From: a virus
Lineage: Duplodnaviria > Caudoviricetes
DNA: 32,615 bases
Virus record (IMG/VR): IMGVR_UViG_3300032225_001635
Span: 1-32,615 of that record
Reading direction: 5' to 3' (one strand)
The first letter of the stretch is position 1; each line of letters begins with the position of its first letter. Positions 17,936 through 26,699 of the stretch are shown here, in pieces. The notes beneath the pieces are model-generated. The model searched no databases, had not been told where the DNA came from, and worked only from the letters and a program-made list of their open reading frames with translations. Position numbers and translations under genes: made by a program.

Positions 17936-18121
17936 TTACCTACTAAAGTGCATAATTGTGTTACTAGCAAAACAAGCCAGAGCAATCGCAGATAAAAATA
18001 TTCCTATAACATAACTCTGTTGTCTTTTCTCAAACACATTTGTTTGTTTTCTTATCACAAATGGTATCACCCATGACGCTATTAAAGACATCCATCCGAT
18101 TATTGTTAATGTACTTATCAT
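17936..18121 (-). CDS. Small two-TM membrane protein
   Basis: 61 aa, two hydrophobic helices. Confidence 0.7.
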   Translation of the reverse strand: MISTLTIIGWMSLIASWVIPFVIRKQTNVFEKRQQSYVIGIFLSAIALACFASNTIMHFSR

Positions 18122-18154
18122 GTTATTATTTTTATTTTACTGAATATATAATTC

Positions 18155-18478
18155 TTATATCGCCACCCCTATATTCTTAATTGTGTATACTGTTACATCA
18201 CAATTATCACATGCCCAACTAGGTCCTGCTCCGTAGTACCTATATGTTTCCATTTCGTTAAGATCACCTATCACTACTTCATTGCTCATAGATCCTCTAG
18301 ACCCGAACTGTTGCTTAATACGATTCTTAACGCATTTCTTTAGCGCGCCAGCGTATTTTCTCGCTTCGGTTTTGTTTTTGAATCCTGTACTATCTGGACC
18401 GGTGCTGTAATATCTATAGTTTTTACCGTACCAGTCATCTTTTACATTTACCATAATTGAAACTACTAATTTTTTCAT
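18155..18478 (-). CDS. Hypothetical protein
   Basis: 107 aa; promoter motif embedded in the 3' end of the upstream gene. Confidence 0.75.
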   Translation of the reverse strand: MKKLVVSIMVNVKDDWYGKNYRYYSTGPDSTGFKNKTEARKYAGALKKCVKNRIKQQFGSRGSMSNEVVIGDLNEMETYRYYGAGPSWACDNCDVTVYTIKNIGVAI

Positions 18479-18489
18479 AACTTTTTTAT

Positions 18490-18696
18490 TTAATTGAATA
18501 TACGATCTTTATTTTGCCTTCCATGTACCCATTCTAGTTCATGAAAGTACTCACCATACTCGATATAATCCTCATTATGTGTAATATTGTTTATGTAATT
18601 AGTATATTCCACTTGCGCGTATGTTTCAAATTCATGTTTAGACATTGCTTTGAAATCATCATGTGTTAAATTGATGTAATCCTTTATATTACTCAT
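18490..18696 (-). CDS. Hypothetical protein
   Basis: 68 aa; promoter motif at 18712. Confidence 0.7.
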   Translation of the reverse strand: MSNIKDYINLTHDDFKAMSKHEFETYAQVEYTNYINNITHNEDYIEYGEYFHELEWVHGRQNKDRIFN

Positions 18697-18746
18697 AACC
18701 TTTTATTTAATTAAATATACGATCTTTATTTCGCCTATTTTATTTA

Positions 18747-19040
18747 TTACTCAACCTCACTTGTATCATATCCCCACTCTTTTAATTTTTCAATTATTAC
18801 CGGTGACAAACTGAATACACCATCATAATCCGTTATGACTTTATCTTTAATCCATAAACCACCCTCAGCGTACCAATCTTCACCTCCCGATTCTATGTCA
18901 TACAGTTCAAACCAACCATAATCATCACTGTTGATTCCCACTGTTACCTCTAATGTAATGTTGTCCTCGGCTTTGATTGTACCGAATGAATTTTCTAGAA
19001 TTAATGACTGAACGGTTTGGAATGTTTCTTTTTTAATCAT
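18747..19040 (-). CDS. Hypothetical acidic protein
   Basis: 97 aa; promoter motif at 19062. Confidence 0.8.
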   Translation of the reverse strand: MIKKETFQTVQSLILENSFGTIKAEDNITLEVTVGINSDDYGWFELYDIESGGEDWYAEGGLWIKDKVITDYDGVFSLSPVIIEKLKEWGYDTSEVE

Positions 19041-19098
19041 AACTAATTATTTTTGTTTAACTAAATATACGATTCTAATTTCGCCGCCAAAATTTATT

Positions 19099-19323
19099 TT
19101 ACTTACGTACGTGTGCTACACTGTTATCATACCAGTCATATGTCTTTATTTCATACTCAACTCTTTCATTATATATACCATTTACATCCGCCATGTTGCT
19201 TGTCATAATTAATTGACGTAGCATTTGATCACTATGTCCTGATTGTTCAAGTAACCATTGTATTGTTTCACCATCTAGTTCTCGTAGTGTATCAATGATA
19301 CTCATTAATTGTTTTGGTTCCAT
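19099..19323 (-). CDS. Hypothetical protein
   Basis: 74 aa ORF. Confidence 0.7.
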   Translation of the reverse strand: MEPKQLMSIIDTLRELDGETIQWLLEQSGHSDQMLRQLIMTSNMADVNGIYNERVEYEIKTYDWYDNSVAHVRK

Positions 19324-19349
19324 ATGTAGTTTGATTTATAATTTATTTA

Positions 19350-19559
19350 TTATTCTGTCCATTCATCAAATTCATCCTGTATCATTGCAATTAAATTTCG
19401 ACATATTGCTACCTCATTATCTATGAACTCGCCCTGTTCATCTTCAACCACCCATGGATTAGATGTGTAATTGTTCCACGTTATAACATATTGTTTGTTA
19501 TTAAATATGTCTACGACCTTAAACGTTTTGACGGTTTGTGCTTTACGGATTGTGTACAT
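19350..19559 (-). CDS. Hypothetical protein
   Basis: 69 aa; promoter variant at 19580. Confidence 0.7.
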   Translation of the reverse strand: MYTIRKAQTVKTFKVVDIFNNKQYVITWNNYTSNPWVVEDEQGEFIDNEVAICRNLIAMIQDEFDEWTE

Positions 19560-19605
19560 AACTGTTAATTTTATTTGATTAAATGTATGAAATTTATTTT
19601 GCCAA

Positions 19606-19833
19606 CTAATCTACAGTTACTAGGTAGAATATACCACCTCGTGGTGTGTCACCACCCGCATAAAAGAAACGGTACTTATTACCTGATGGAACAGTGAAAT
19701 GAAAATCTGTACTATACCCACGTACTAAACTTTCAGGTAATATAGGTTCTTCTTTCAATAATGATTTGATCTTACGTGTTACTGATTTACGTCTGTTATC
19801 AGCGTTACATTTCCATCTAAATCTTAATTTCAT
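19606..19833 (-). CDS. Hypothetical basic protein
   Basis: 75 aa; promoter motif at 19853. Confidence 0.7.
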   Translation of the reverse strand: MKLRFRWKCNADNRRKSVTRKIKSLLKEEPILPESLVRGYSTDFHFTVPSGNKYRFFYAGGDTPRGGIFYLVTVD

Positions 19834-19875
19834 AACTTATTTTTTATTTAACTAAATATACGATTTTAATTTCGC

Positions 19876-20055
19876 CTACTTATAAAATTTTATTGAGTCA
19901 TGTTGTGTTGGAATATGATCATATATTTGTATATCCTGATACAGGTTGCCAACTGAATCATACACAAAACGTTCTAATTGATATGTTTGTTTTTGCGCTG
20001 GTTGCTCATTACAACTACTTACTAATATTATTATTACTGCTATTATTTGCTTCAT
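19876..20055 (-). CDS. 59-aa putative lipoprotein
   Basis: Not in track. MKQIIAVIIILVSSCNEQPAQKQTYQLERF...KFYK*; short signal peptide II-like N-terminus ending VSS-C. Confidence 0.75.
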   Translation of the reverse strand: MKQIIAVIIILVSSCNEQPAQKQTYQLERFVYDSVGNLYQDIQIYDHIPTQHDSIKFYK

Positions 20056-20061
20056 AACTAT

Positions 20062-20259
20062 TTATTTATAAACTTTTGTAAATTCATTAATTATATTTAG
20101 TATTGTTTTGGCATTTTCTTTTACTTTAAAACCACCGTTATTATGTGTAGTTGTACCTACTACTGTGTATGTTTCTTCATCATATATATGACCAATTAAA
20201 TCAGTATTGATGTAAATTAATTCACCATCATAATTACTTGTTAATGCAATGATTTTCAT
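20062..20259 (-). CDS. Hypothetical protein (FlbD-like small beta domain possible)
   Basis: 65 aa; 'I.LT.......YIN.DLI..I......T.V......F.VKE....IL' pattern. Confidence 0.65.
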   Translation of the reverse strand: MKIIALTSNYDGELIYINTDLIGHIYDEETYTVVGTTTHNNGGFKVKENAKTILNIINEFTKVYK

Positions 20260-20304
20260 AACTTATTTTTTATTTAATTAAATGTAATTAATGATTTTTG
20301 CCTT

Positions 20305-20709
20305 TTAATCAATGAATTTTATTTTTTTAGCCGCATCTATTAATCGTATAAATTCACAATAACTTATTGTTTGACAACCTACTTCAATATGACTTTCAAA
20401 TACTTCCGCCATGTAGTCTCCTACTTGTACTTTAATTGATTTAGGTTCTGGTTTTTTAAATACTATTTCTTGTAATCCTTCCCAACTACATAATGATTCA
20501 TTACCATCCATATCACGAACACCACATAGTAAAAATGAAGTATCAGGATGATAATCTACACTAAATACTTGTACTATTGTACCTTCACTGAATATTTTAT
20601 TTCTTTTTGTATCGGCAAATCCCATTCTTACAAACATTTCATTAAATGCTGAATATGATAATCCTGCCTTTTTAATTTGGAGAATATCTCCAACTTTAAA
20701 TTTTGTCAT
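20305..20709 (-). CDS. Hypothetical protein with SH3/KOW-like N-terminus
   Basis: 134 aa starting 'KFKVGDIL'; promoter motif at 20732. Confidence 0.75.
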   Translation of the reverse strand: MTKFKVGDILQIKKAGLSYSAFNEMFVRMGFADTKRNKIFSEGTIVQVFSVDYHPDTSFLLCGVRDMDGNESLCSWEGLQEIVFKKPEPKSIKVQVGDYMAEVFESHIEVGCQTISYCEFIRLIDAAKKIKFID

Positions 20710-20755
20710 AACTTATTTATTTTTGTTTGATTAAATATACTAAAGAAATTTCGCC

Positions 20756-21175
20756 CTAGTTATTATTACCCTCACTCGTTCCTTCTACATAACCATCCAC
20801 ACTCACTTCCTCCTCAGTTATAGGAAATGCTTTATCAAACCATTCTGTAATTGTATCATCTATATTCGTTGTAACTGCATCTGCAATATGACTTGTATCA
20901 AATTCTACACTATCCAATTCAACACAATAGTTGTAATTCAAGCTAAATTCAGCTGAGTCTCTGTCAATACAATCATTGTCAAGATTATCAGCATCATCCC
21001 TAACAGTATCAATAACCTTATTGATTAAAGATTCAATCTGAAACTGTGTGAGTGGGTTAATTGTTACTTCTTTTGGAAACTCAATTCCGTTTAGAAGATT
21101 CAATACATCGTCTTTTGTAAAGATCGAACTTGGTGCATTTTGTACAGATGCTACTGTGTCTTGTAAATTTTTCAT
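20756..21175 (-). CDS. Acidic hypothetical protein
   Basis: 139 aa, D/E-rich; promoter motif at 21210. Confidence 0.8.
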   Translation of the reverse strand: MKNLQDTVASVQNAPSSIFTKDDVLNLLNGIEFPKEVTINPLTQFQIESLINKVIDTVRDDADNLDNDCIDRDSAEFSLNYNYCVELDSVEFDTSHIADAVTTNIDDTITEWFDKAFPITEEEVSVDGYVEGTSEGNNN

Positions 21176-21235
21176 AACCTTAATTTTATTTTATTTTTAA
21201 TTAATAAACTAAATATACGATATTATTTTTGCCAA

Positions 21236-21469
21236 CTACTCTTCATCTGTATCATCTAAACCATACACATCTATAGCAGTTTTTTCATCCATTATATCAT
21301 AACCAGAGCCTAATCTTCTTTTTTCTTGATTAGCTTGTTCTAAATCAAATGGACCATATGGTTCATCCATTCCTTCCACATCGAATACATAAAATAATGG
21401 TTCGCCTGGATTGTTTATTTTATATTCACTAATACCAGCAAGTTCTTGCATACGTTTGATTTCATCCAT
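21236..21469 (-). CDS. Acidic protein with KRxQxLAGI leader; candidate internal head protein
   Basis: MDEIKRMQELAGISEYKINNP...; ATATTTAT at 21490-21497. Confidence 0.75.
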   Translation of the reverse strand: MDEIKRMQELAGISEYKINNPGEPLFYVFDVEGMDEPYGPFDLEQANQEKRRLGSGYDIMDEKTAIDVYGLDDTDEE

Positions 21470-21516
21470 TGTATTTAATTTTTATAGCAATAAATATACA
21501 ATACTAGTTTGACCAC

Positions 21517-21837
21517 TTAAAATTTTATTTCTTTAATTAACTTGTCTAGTTTGGTCTTAGTCATAACTTCAGCGAATGCTTTATCTAACGCTACATCAAA
21601 ATCAATACCTATACTGTTATGGAATGCTTTAAATTTACGCCAATTATCATAACCATCAATAGCCACACCCATATAGGATATATCACCTACATCTACAAAT
21701 TCACAATCACATGCTTTAACTCCATCATTGTCAAATACAACAACCATTGCTTCTAATGTTGCTTTAAGTTCACCTACTTGTACAGGAAATTCATAATGTA
21801 GGAATAATCGCTTACTTGTCAGTTTAATTTCTACCAT
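21517..21837 (-). CDS. Hypothetical protein
   Basis: 106 aa ORF; promoter motif at 21877. Confidence 0.75.
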   Translation of the reverse strand: MVEIKLTSKRLFLHYEFPVQVGELKATLEAMVVVFDNDGVKACDCEFVDVGDISYMGVAIDGYDNWRKFKAFHNSIGIDFDVALDKAFAEVMTKTKLDKLIKEIKF

Positions 21838-21890
21838 AACGTTTAAATTTTTGTTTTAATTAATAATTGTATAAAATAAATATAATGATT

Positions 21891-22091
21891 TTACTTTGCC
21901 TTCTCGGTGTAATAATAATTCATTCCACACCTAACACCAGCATGGAAAACACCTAATACATCCACCATACTTTCAATAGTAATTTCTACTCTAGTAAATT
22001 CACCATCTTCAGATAAAATAGTAATATGGTCAGTTAACTCGTTTACTAAAGGTTCTAATCGTTCTGTTAAAATTGATAATTGATACTTCAT
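21891..22091 (-). CDS. Hypothetical protein
   Basis: 66 aa; promoter motif at 22112. Confidence 0.7.
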   Translation of the reverse strand: MKYQLSILTERLEPLVNELTDHITILSEDGEFTRVEITIESMVDVLGVFHAGVRCGMNYYYTEKAK

Positions 22092-22141
22092 AATTTTTAA
22101 TTTTATTTAACTAAATATACTAAAAATACTTTGCCGCCAAA

Positions 22142-22933
22142 TTATTCTGCTGTAGGTAGTGTTATATTACTTAATACATCCATTAAATCATAATCGTTTA
22201 CTTTTCCGAATAGTATTTTTGTTCTACTTATTGTTCCGTTTGCATATACTTCATAACTCATTTGTACACCATTTATGAATTGAATATTCACATTATCATA
22301 TTCTTGGTATCCACTTTTGTTATATTTTGCTTTTCTCCATTCTTTAGTTGCTGTGACAGTAGCTGTTGGGTACTTGGTTTGTAAATTTAGTACAGTCGTT
22401 TCTACTGCTGATATTTTTTGTTTCTTATGGTGTTCCCTCAGAGCGATTTGATTAATACATTCTTGTATTTTCTTATTTACTGTGTCTGCTTTACTAAGTG
22501 CTTTTTGTTCATATGCCCATTCAATTTCAGGGCCGCGAAGATACATTTTATATCCTTTATCTGTTCCACCTCGACTCCATCTATCACTGTACACAATATG
22601 TTTACGCACATCTACTTTATAATCATCTTTTCGTAAATATACTTCTTCTCTAAAATATTCTTTACTCCACACTACATCACTAGTATCATATACTCGTTCC
22701 ATAGCTGATCTTACTTGAATAGATTCAGTCCATCCTGCTCCTAGTTCTTGTAGAAAAGAACGCGCAGCGGCCATTTGTCTTGCATCTTCTGTTTGGGCCT
22801 TAATAATACTTTGCTCAGCCATAGCAATGCGCTCATTAATCCGTTGTTGATGTTTTTGCTGTTGAGCTAATTCCTCATCCCGTTTAGCTTGGATAAGATC
22901 TAATTCGGCTTGTGTTAATTCGATTTGTGTCAT
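22142..22933 (-). CDS. Hypothetical protein with N-terminal coiled coil
   Basis: 263 aa; promoter motif at 22956. Confidence 0.8.
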   Translation of the reverse strand: MTQIELTQAELDLIQAKRDEELAQQQKHQQRINERIAMAEQSIIKAQTEDARQMAAARSFLQELGAGWTESIQVRSAMERVYDTSDVVWSKEYFREEVYLRKDDYKVDVRKHIVYSDRWSRGGTDKGYKMYLRGPEIEWAYEQKALSKADTVNKKIQECINQIALREHHKKQKISAVETTVLNLQTKYPTATVTATKEWRKAKYNKSGYQEYDNVNIQFINGVQMSYEVYANGTISRTKILFGKVNDYDLMDVLSNITLPTAE

Positions 22934-22969
22934 AACTTTTTATTTTTTATTTAACTAAATATACGTTAT

Positions 22970-23461
22970 TTACTTTGCCTTCTTTGGTCTTCCTCGCTTA
23001 CCACCTGTTGGAACATATACATCAAATGCTTTCTTTAGTGATGGATCCATTTTTGGTCTACCACGTTTACCTCCTGTTGGTGTGTATTTTGTTATTGTTT
23101 TCTTTAATGATGGATCCATTTTTGGTCTACCTTTCTTACCTTTAGGTTTATCTTCATCCATCTTTACTTTCGCTTTAGTCTTACCTTGAAATACTCGTGG
23201 GTGTACAATAAGCGCATCTAAATGAAATGCACGTTTCATACCTTGATCATCTACACATTCATAACCACCATCCTTCCAGAATTGTTCGCCGGGTTCATGT
23301 TTAGTCACATAATAGAAATTACCCGCTGCTACTTCACTATTATAATACATAGCTGGTAATACATCTATTCCGGGAGTAAACTCGGTATATTGTTGTTCGT
23401 CTTCGTCTAGCAGGTATGCTTTACGCTCCATTACAGGATCATCTATTGTTATTACTTTCAT
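22970..23461 (-). CDS. Protein with three C-terminal AT-hook-like repeats
   Basis: KKGRPKMDPSLKK, YTPTGGKRGRPKMDPSLKK, YVPTGGKRGRPKK; the repeats are also visible at DNA level (about 22980-23135). Confidence 0.75.
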   Translation of the reverse strand: MKVITIDDPVMERKAYLLDEDEQQYTEFTPGIDVLPAMYYNSEVAAGNFYYVTKHEPGEQFWKDGGYECVDDQGMKRAFHLDALIVHPRVFQGKTKAKVKMDEDKPKGKKGRPKMDPSLKKTITKYTPTGGKRGRPKMDPSLKKAFDVYVPTGGKRGRPKKAK

Positions 23462-23571
23462 ATATGTGATATTAATTTAAATATTAATCCAATAATGTAT
23501 AATACTATTATACTAGTACAAAACCATACTGTTAAAAAATAGAATATGTCTTCATTTGATCTTCTTTTCAT
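23458..23571 (-). CDS. 37-aa single-TM microprotein
   Basis: Not in track. MKRRSNEDIFYFLTVWFCTSIIVLYIIGLIFKLISHI*; ATGA overlap with the next gene; promoter motif at 23587. Confidence 0.65.
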   Translation of the reverse strand: MKRRSNEDIFYFLTVWFCTSIIVLYIIGLIFKLISHI

Positions 23572-23608
23572 AACCTTTTATTTAATTAAATATATAAAAT
23601 TATTTTGC

Positions 23609-24079
23609 CTAAAAAGGTAAATCATCACTTTCTCTATCTTCTTCACTAAATCCTGCTCCGTCTACTTTAGGTCCATTATCAATAATATCTATAGTTACTA
23701 TTTTGCCATCAACAAAACGATTAATACTAAATAATTCTATATCATTTACTTCCTTATCTACCCATTCCTTTATATTATTATACGCTGTTTCGTCTGGTAG
23801 TGAACCACATTCATATCCAATTGAGTCATAATGTTTAATTCGATATGCACCATATGGATTCTTTAGTTCCTTTACTTCCATTATCATATTATCCAATGCG
23901 TAATTATCTGTTCCGTCTTTAGTAATATACTCACCATCTTCATCACGTTTGAATGTGGCGGAGTAATGGTATCCACAATTTTGACAGTTAACATATTCTT
24001 CACCTGTCTTATAATAGAAGTCGGTGTATGCTTCGTGTTCGCAATTTGGACAATCGATGTAGTCAATAACTGATCCCAT
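23609..24079 (-). CDS. Zinc-ribbon protein
   Basis: 156 aa; CPNC...CQNCGY; acidic C-terminus ending DDLPF. Confidence 0.75.
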   Translation of the reverse strand: MGSVIDYIDCPNCEHEAYTDFYYKTGEEYVNCQNCGYHYSATFKRDEDGEYITKDGTDNYALDNMIMEVKELKNPYGAYRIKHYDSIGYECGSLPDETAYNNIKEWVDKEVNDIELFSINRFVDGKIVTIDIIDNGPKVDGAGFSEEDRESDDLPF

Positions 24080-24109
24080 ATGTTTTAATTTTGTTTAACT
24101 AAATATAAA

Positions 24110-24370
24110 TTAAAGACTTTGCCTTTCATCATCTAAGACTTCATAAAAATCAACCCATGTTCCGTCTTCACTATCATGTGCTTCTCTAAAATAAACCTTA
24201 GCTGTTTCAGGATCGTCTTCAAATTTACCTATTGCTACAAAACCAAATCCTTCACATATCATCGGTTTAAAATTACCTACTGCTAGTTTATCAAACTCTT
24301 CATATACATCAAAGTCACCATCAAATCCCATATCATGTAGTGCACAATATTGTTTACTGAATTCAGCCAT
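24110..24370 (-). CDS. Acidic hypothetical protein
   Basis: 86 aa ORF. Confidence 0.75.
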   Translation of the reverse strand: MAEFSKQYCALHDMGFDGDFDVYEEFDKLAVGNFKPMICEGFGFVAIGKFEDDPETAKVYFREAHDSEDGTWVDFYEVLDDERQSL

Positions 24371-24371
24371 A

Positions 24372-24575
24372 TTAAATACGTGTTTTAAGTGTTGTTAATT
24401 CTTTATTGATACGATTTGTATCTTTCTCTTCTAAAGATACTGAAATTATTTTGCCTTCTGCTTTAGTGGTTTTATTACCTGATTTTAATTGCTTCTCAAG
24501 ACGAACAATAACATTTGTTCTACGCGTTTTTGCCTTTGGTATTCCGTTGAATTTCTTTTGTGATCCGTTTGCCAT
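24372..24575 (-). CDS. Basic hypothetical protein
   Basis: 67 aa ORF. Confidence 0.7.
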   Translation of the reverse strand: MANGSQKKFNGIPKAKTRRTNVIVRLEKQLKSGNKTTKAEGKIISVSLEEKDTNRINKELTTLKTRI

Positions 24576-24585
24576 AATATTTAGT

Positions 24586-24795
24586 TTATTTGTTATAGTG
24601 AATTGTTACTGTATGCATCTTATATTGTTTAACATCTAATTCAGGTGCAATTGATTTAATATATCCAATCACGTTTTGTGTATCGCCTACACCTATTTTG
24701 ATCCGGCGTTTACCACTTTTGTATTTATCGTTAAAAAATGAGAACGAATTACCAAATTGTTCACGTAACATAGGTCTTAATTTTGTCCAAGTCAT
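24586..24795 (-). CDS. Hypothetical protein
   Basis: 69 aa ORF. Confidence 0.7.
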   Translation of the reverse strand: MTWTKLRPMLREQFGNSFSFFNDKYKSGKRRIKIGVGDTQNVIGYIKSIAPELDVKQYKMHTVTIHYNK

Positions 24796-24812
24796 AACGT
24801 TTATAATTTATT

Positions 24813-25190
24813 TTAGTATGTAAATAATTTATTACCTGTACTTATGATACATTTTATTTTGAAATTATCACAGTTACAATCATTTAATGTCCAATTAGGT
24901 TCTACTCTAGGATTGTATTTGATATGATTCAATCCATACAAAACCTCGTAACCATGTGTGTCTAAATGATTAATACTGATTGAGTCACATAATACCCAAG
25001 CGCATACTGTTTTATGTACGCCATCAAATATTTTCTGTGCTGTTTTCTTGTTGTTTTTAAGTTGACAGTTGTGTAGTATTAACTGTACTTTATTTGGATC
25101 ATGGTATTCAACACCTAATGGACCTTCTATTTTCCATTTCATGAAATGTTTACCTGCTCCTAAATTGAAGCGAACCTTTATTTTTTTCAT
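24813..25190 (-). CDS. Hypothetical protein
   Basis: 125 aa; promoter motif at 25206. Confidence 0.8.
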   Translation of the reverse strand: MKKIKVRFNLGAGKHFMKWKIEGPLGVEYHDPNKVQLILHNCQLKNNKKTAQKIFDGVHKTVCAWVLCDSISINHLDTHGYEVLYGLNHIKYNPRVEPNWTLNDCNCDNFKIKCIISTGNKLFTY

Positions 25191-25229
25191 AACTTTTTAT
25201 TTAACTAAATATACGATCTATATTTTGCC

Positions 25230-25256
25230 AAAAAAGCGCAATCTTTCGATTGCGCT
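25230..25256 (-). terminator. Intrinsic terminator
   Basis: Minus strand AGCGCAATC-GAAA-GATTGCGCT then TTTTT, directly after the two leader-bearing genes. Confidence 0.85.
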
Positions 25257-25265
25257 ATTATGTAT

Positions 25266-25625
25266 TTACTTATTTTTATAATCTAATATTATATCATATA
25301 TTTTATCATACAACATATCTTCTAATTTTCCTGTACTATAACCAGTTGGATTTTGTGCTCTATCTATTATTTGGAATTCATTAAAATTATCACCGGATAC
25401 GTTAGAGTTATTTTTTAATTCATTATTAAAAATATCATCATAAAAGTAATCAATTAAATCTGATTCGTCATACTCGTCTATATTTTCTATACCATCTAGA
25501 ATATAAAAATATCTGTCATTTGGTATTTGTTCCAATACTACTTCGAATGGAGTAGGATCATTTATCTTTATTTCATTAATGCCAGCTAGTTGTTGTAAGC
25601 GTTTTACTTCGTTTAATTTCTTCAT
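25266..25625 (-). CDS. Acidic protein with KRxQxLAGI leader; candidate internal head protein
   Basis: MKKLNEVKRLQQLAGINEIKINDP... Confidence 0.75.
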   Translation of the reverse strand: MKKLNEVKRLQQLAGINEIKINDPTPFEVVLEQIPNDRYFYILDGIENIDEYDESDLIDYFYDDIFNNELKNNSNVSGDNFNEFQIIDRAQNPTGYSTGKLEDMLYDKIYDIILDYKNK

Positions 25626-25639
25626 TCTATTATTATATA

Positions 25640-25966
25640 TTAATCAAAATCAAATCCTTCAATACGTACACCAGGACCGTACTCTTCTTCTACTGCTTTT
25701 CTAACATCTTCAATAAATTTACTATTTCCTTCTTCAGATATATCTTCATCATCCATATAACCTGGAAATTCAGTATCCATATAATCCATTTTAGCATCAT
25801 CATCCATTTTCATACGAAATGTATTAGTTTCTGGGTTGTATTTTCCAAATTCCGTAATATCCCAATCCCATACTTGACTTGGGTATCTTTCATTTACTTG
25901 TGATTCTTTAATAATACCAGCTAATTGCTGCATACGCTTTGCTTCGTTTAAATTTGATTTTTTCAT
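25640..25966 (-). CDS. Acidic protein with KRxQxLAGI leader; candidate internal head protein
   Basis: MKKSNLNEAKRMQQLAGIIKESQVNE...; ATATTTAT at 26004-26011. Confidence 0.75.
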   Translation of the reverse strand: MKKSNLNEAKRMQQLAGIIKESQVNERYPSQVWDWDITEFGKYNPETNTFRMKMDDDAKMDYMDTEFPGYMDDEDISEEGNSKFIEDVRKAVEEEYGPGVRIEGFDFD

Positions 25967-26025
25967 TTTTTATTTTATTAAATATATGTTATTTATTTTG
26001 CCCATAAATATGTAATTTTTTGCGA

Positions 26026-26316
26026 TTAATTAACTAATTCACGTACTTTAATGAAGTGTTTATCTATGGCTTTAATGAACGACGTAGCACGCTGTTTAGT
26101 TTTAGCGTATGCGAAAAATTGACATGATTCAGAATCGAATGTAATATTATCACAGTTGACTTTCTTTTGAATATACTCTTCAAAATCATAAGCGGAATTG
26201 AATTGCTTAATAGTCATACTTGATTTTGGATAACCAGTGATTGTCCATTCTGCATCGGCCCAATCACCTTTCCAGACTTCTATACCAATTTCTGATATGT
26301 AGTGTGTTTTTGCCAT
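26026..26316 (-). CDS. Hypothetical protein
   Basis: 96 aa ORF. Confidence 0.75.
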   Translation of the reverse strand: MAKTHYISEIGIEVWKGDWADAEWTITGYPKSSMTIKQFNSAYDFEEYIQKKVNCDNITFDSESCQFFAYAKTKQRATSFIKAIDKHFIKVRELVN

Positions 26317-26321
26317 AACCT

Positions 26322-26462
26322 TTATTTTATTTTAGTAATTAATTCTCTACCTTTAACGTATTGTTGTTCTGTTATATTACCAAATAATCTCCATGTGTTG
26401 AGCATATCTATAGCCATTGACTTAGTTGGAGCAGTTTCAATCATTTCTTTTATTCGCTTCAT
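26322..26462 (-). CDS. Hypothetical 46-aa protein
   Basis: Not in track. MKRIKEMIETAPTKSMAIDMLNTWRLFGNITEQQYVKGRELITKIK*; fills the gap between neighbours. Confidence 0.65.
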   Translation of the reverse strand: MKRIKEMIETAPTKSMAIDMLNTWRLFGNITEQQYVKGRELITKIK

Positions 26463-26464
26463 AA

Positions 26465-26656
26465 TTAAATGTTTTCTTCTAAGTATGTCACAATCTCAGT
26501 TTCTAAATCACCATCAACTACATCACCCTGCTCATCAAACACATCATATTGAGTATAACCTAAATTAACATTGTCTTCTAACATTGTTACTGAATAGGTT
26601 TGATTGTTGTATTCAACATCAAATGTTGTTTCTTGTTGTATTAATTTTACGCTCAT
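26465..26656 (-). CDS. Acidic hypothetical protein
   Basis: 63 aa; promoter variant at 26677; loosely similar to 19350-19559 (Y.VT...N....V.DEQG). Confidence 0.75.
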   Translation of the reverse strand: MSVKLIQQETTFDVEYNNQTYSVTMLEDNVNLGYTQYDVFDEQGDVVDGDLETEIVTYLEENI

Positions 26657-26699
26657 AACTTATTTATTTATTTAACTAAATTTAACAAAAAATTTTCGC

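Noticed and set aside
17292-18014. Plus-strand ORFs 17292-17483 and 17727-18014
   Set aside because: Wrong strand for the region, overlap real genes, atypical composition; regions treated as non-coding.
23884-24066. Nested 60-aa minus ORF
   Set aside because: Out-of-frame ORF inside the zinc-ribbon gene.
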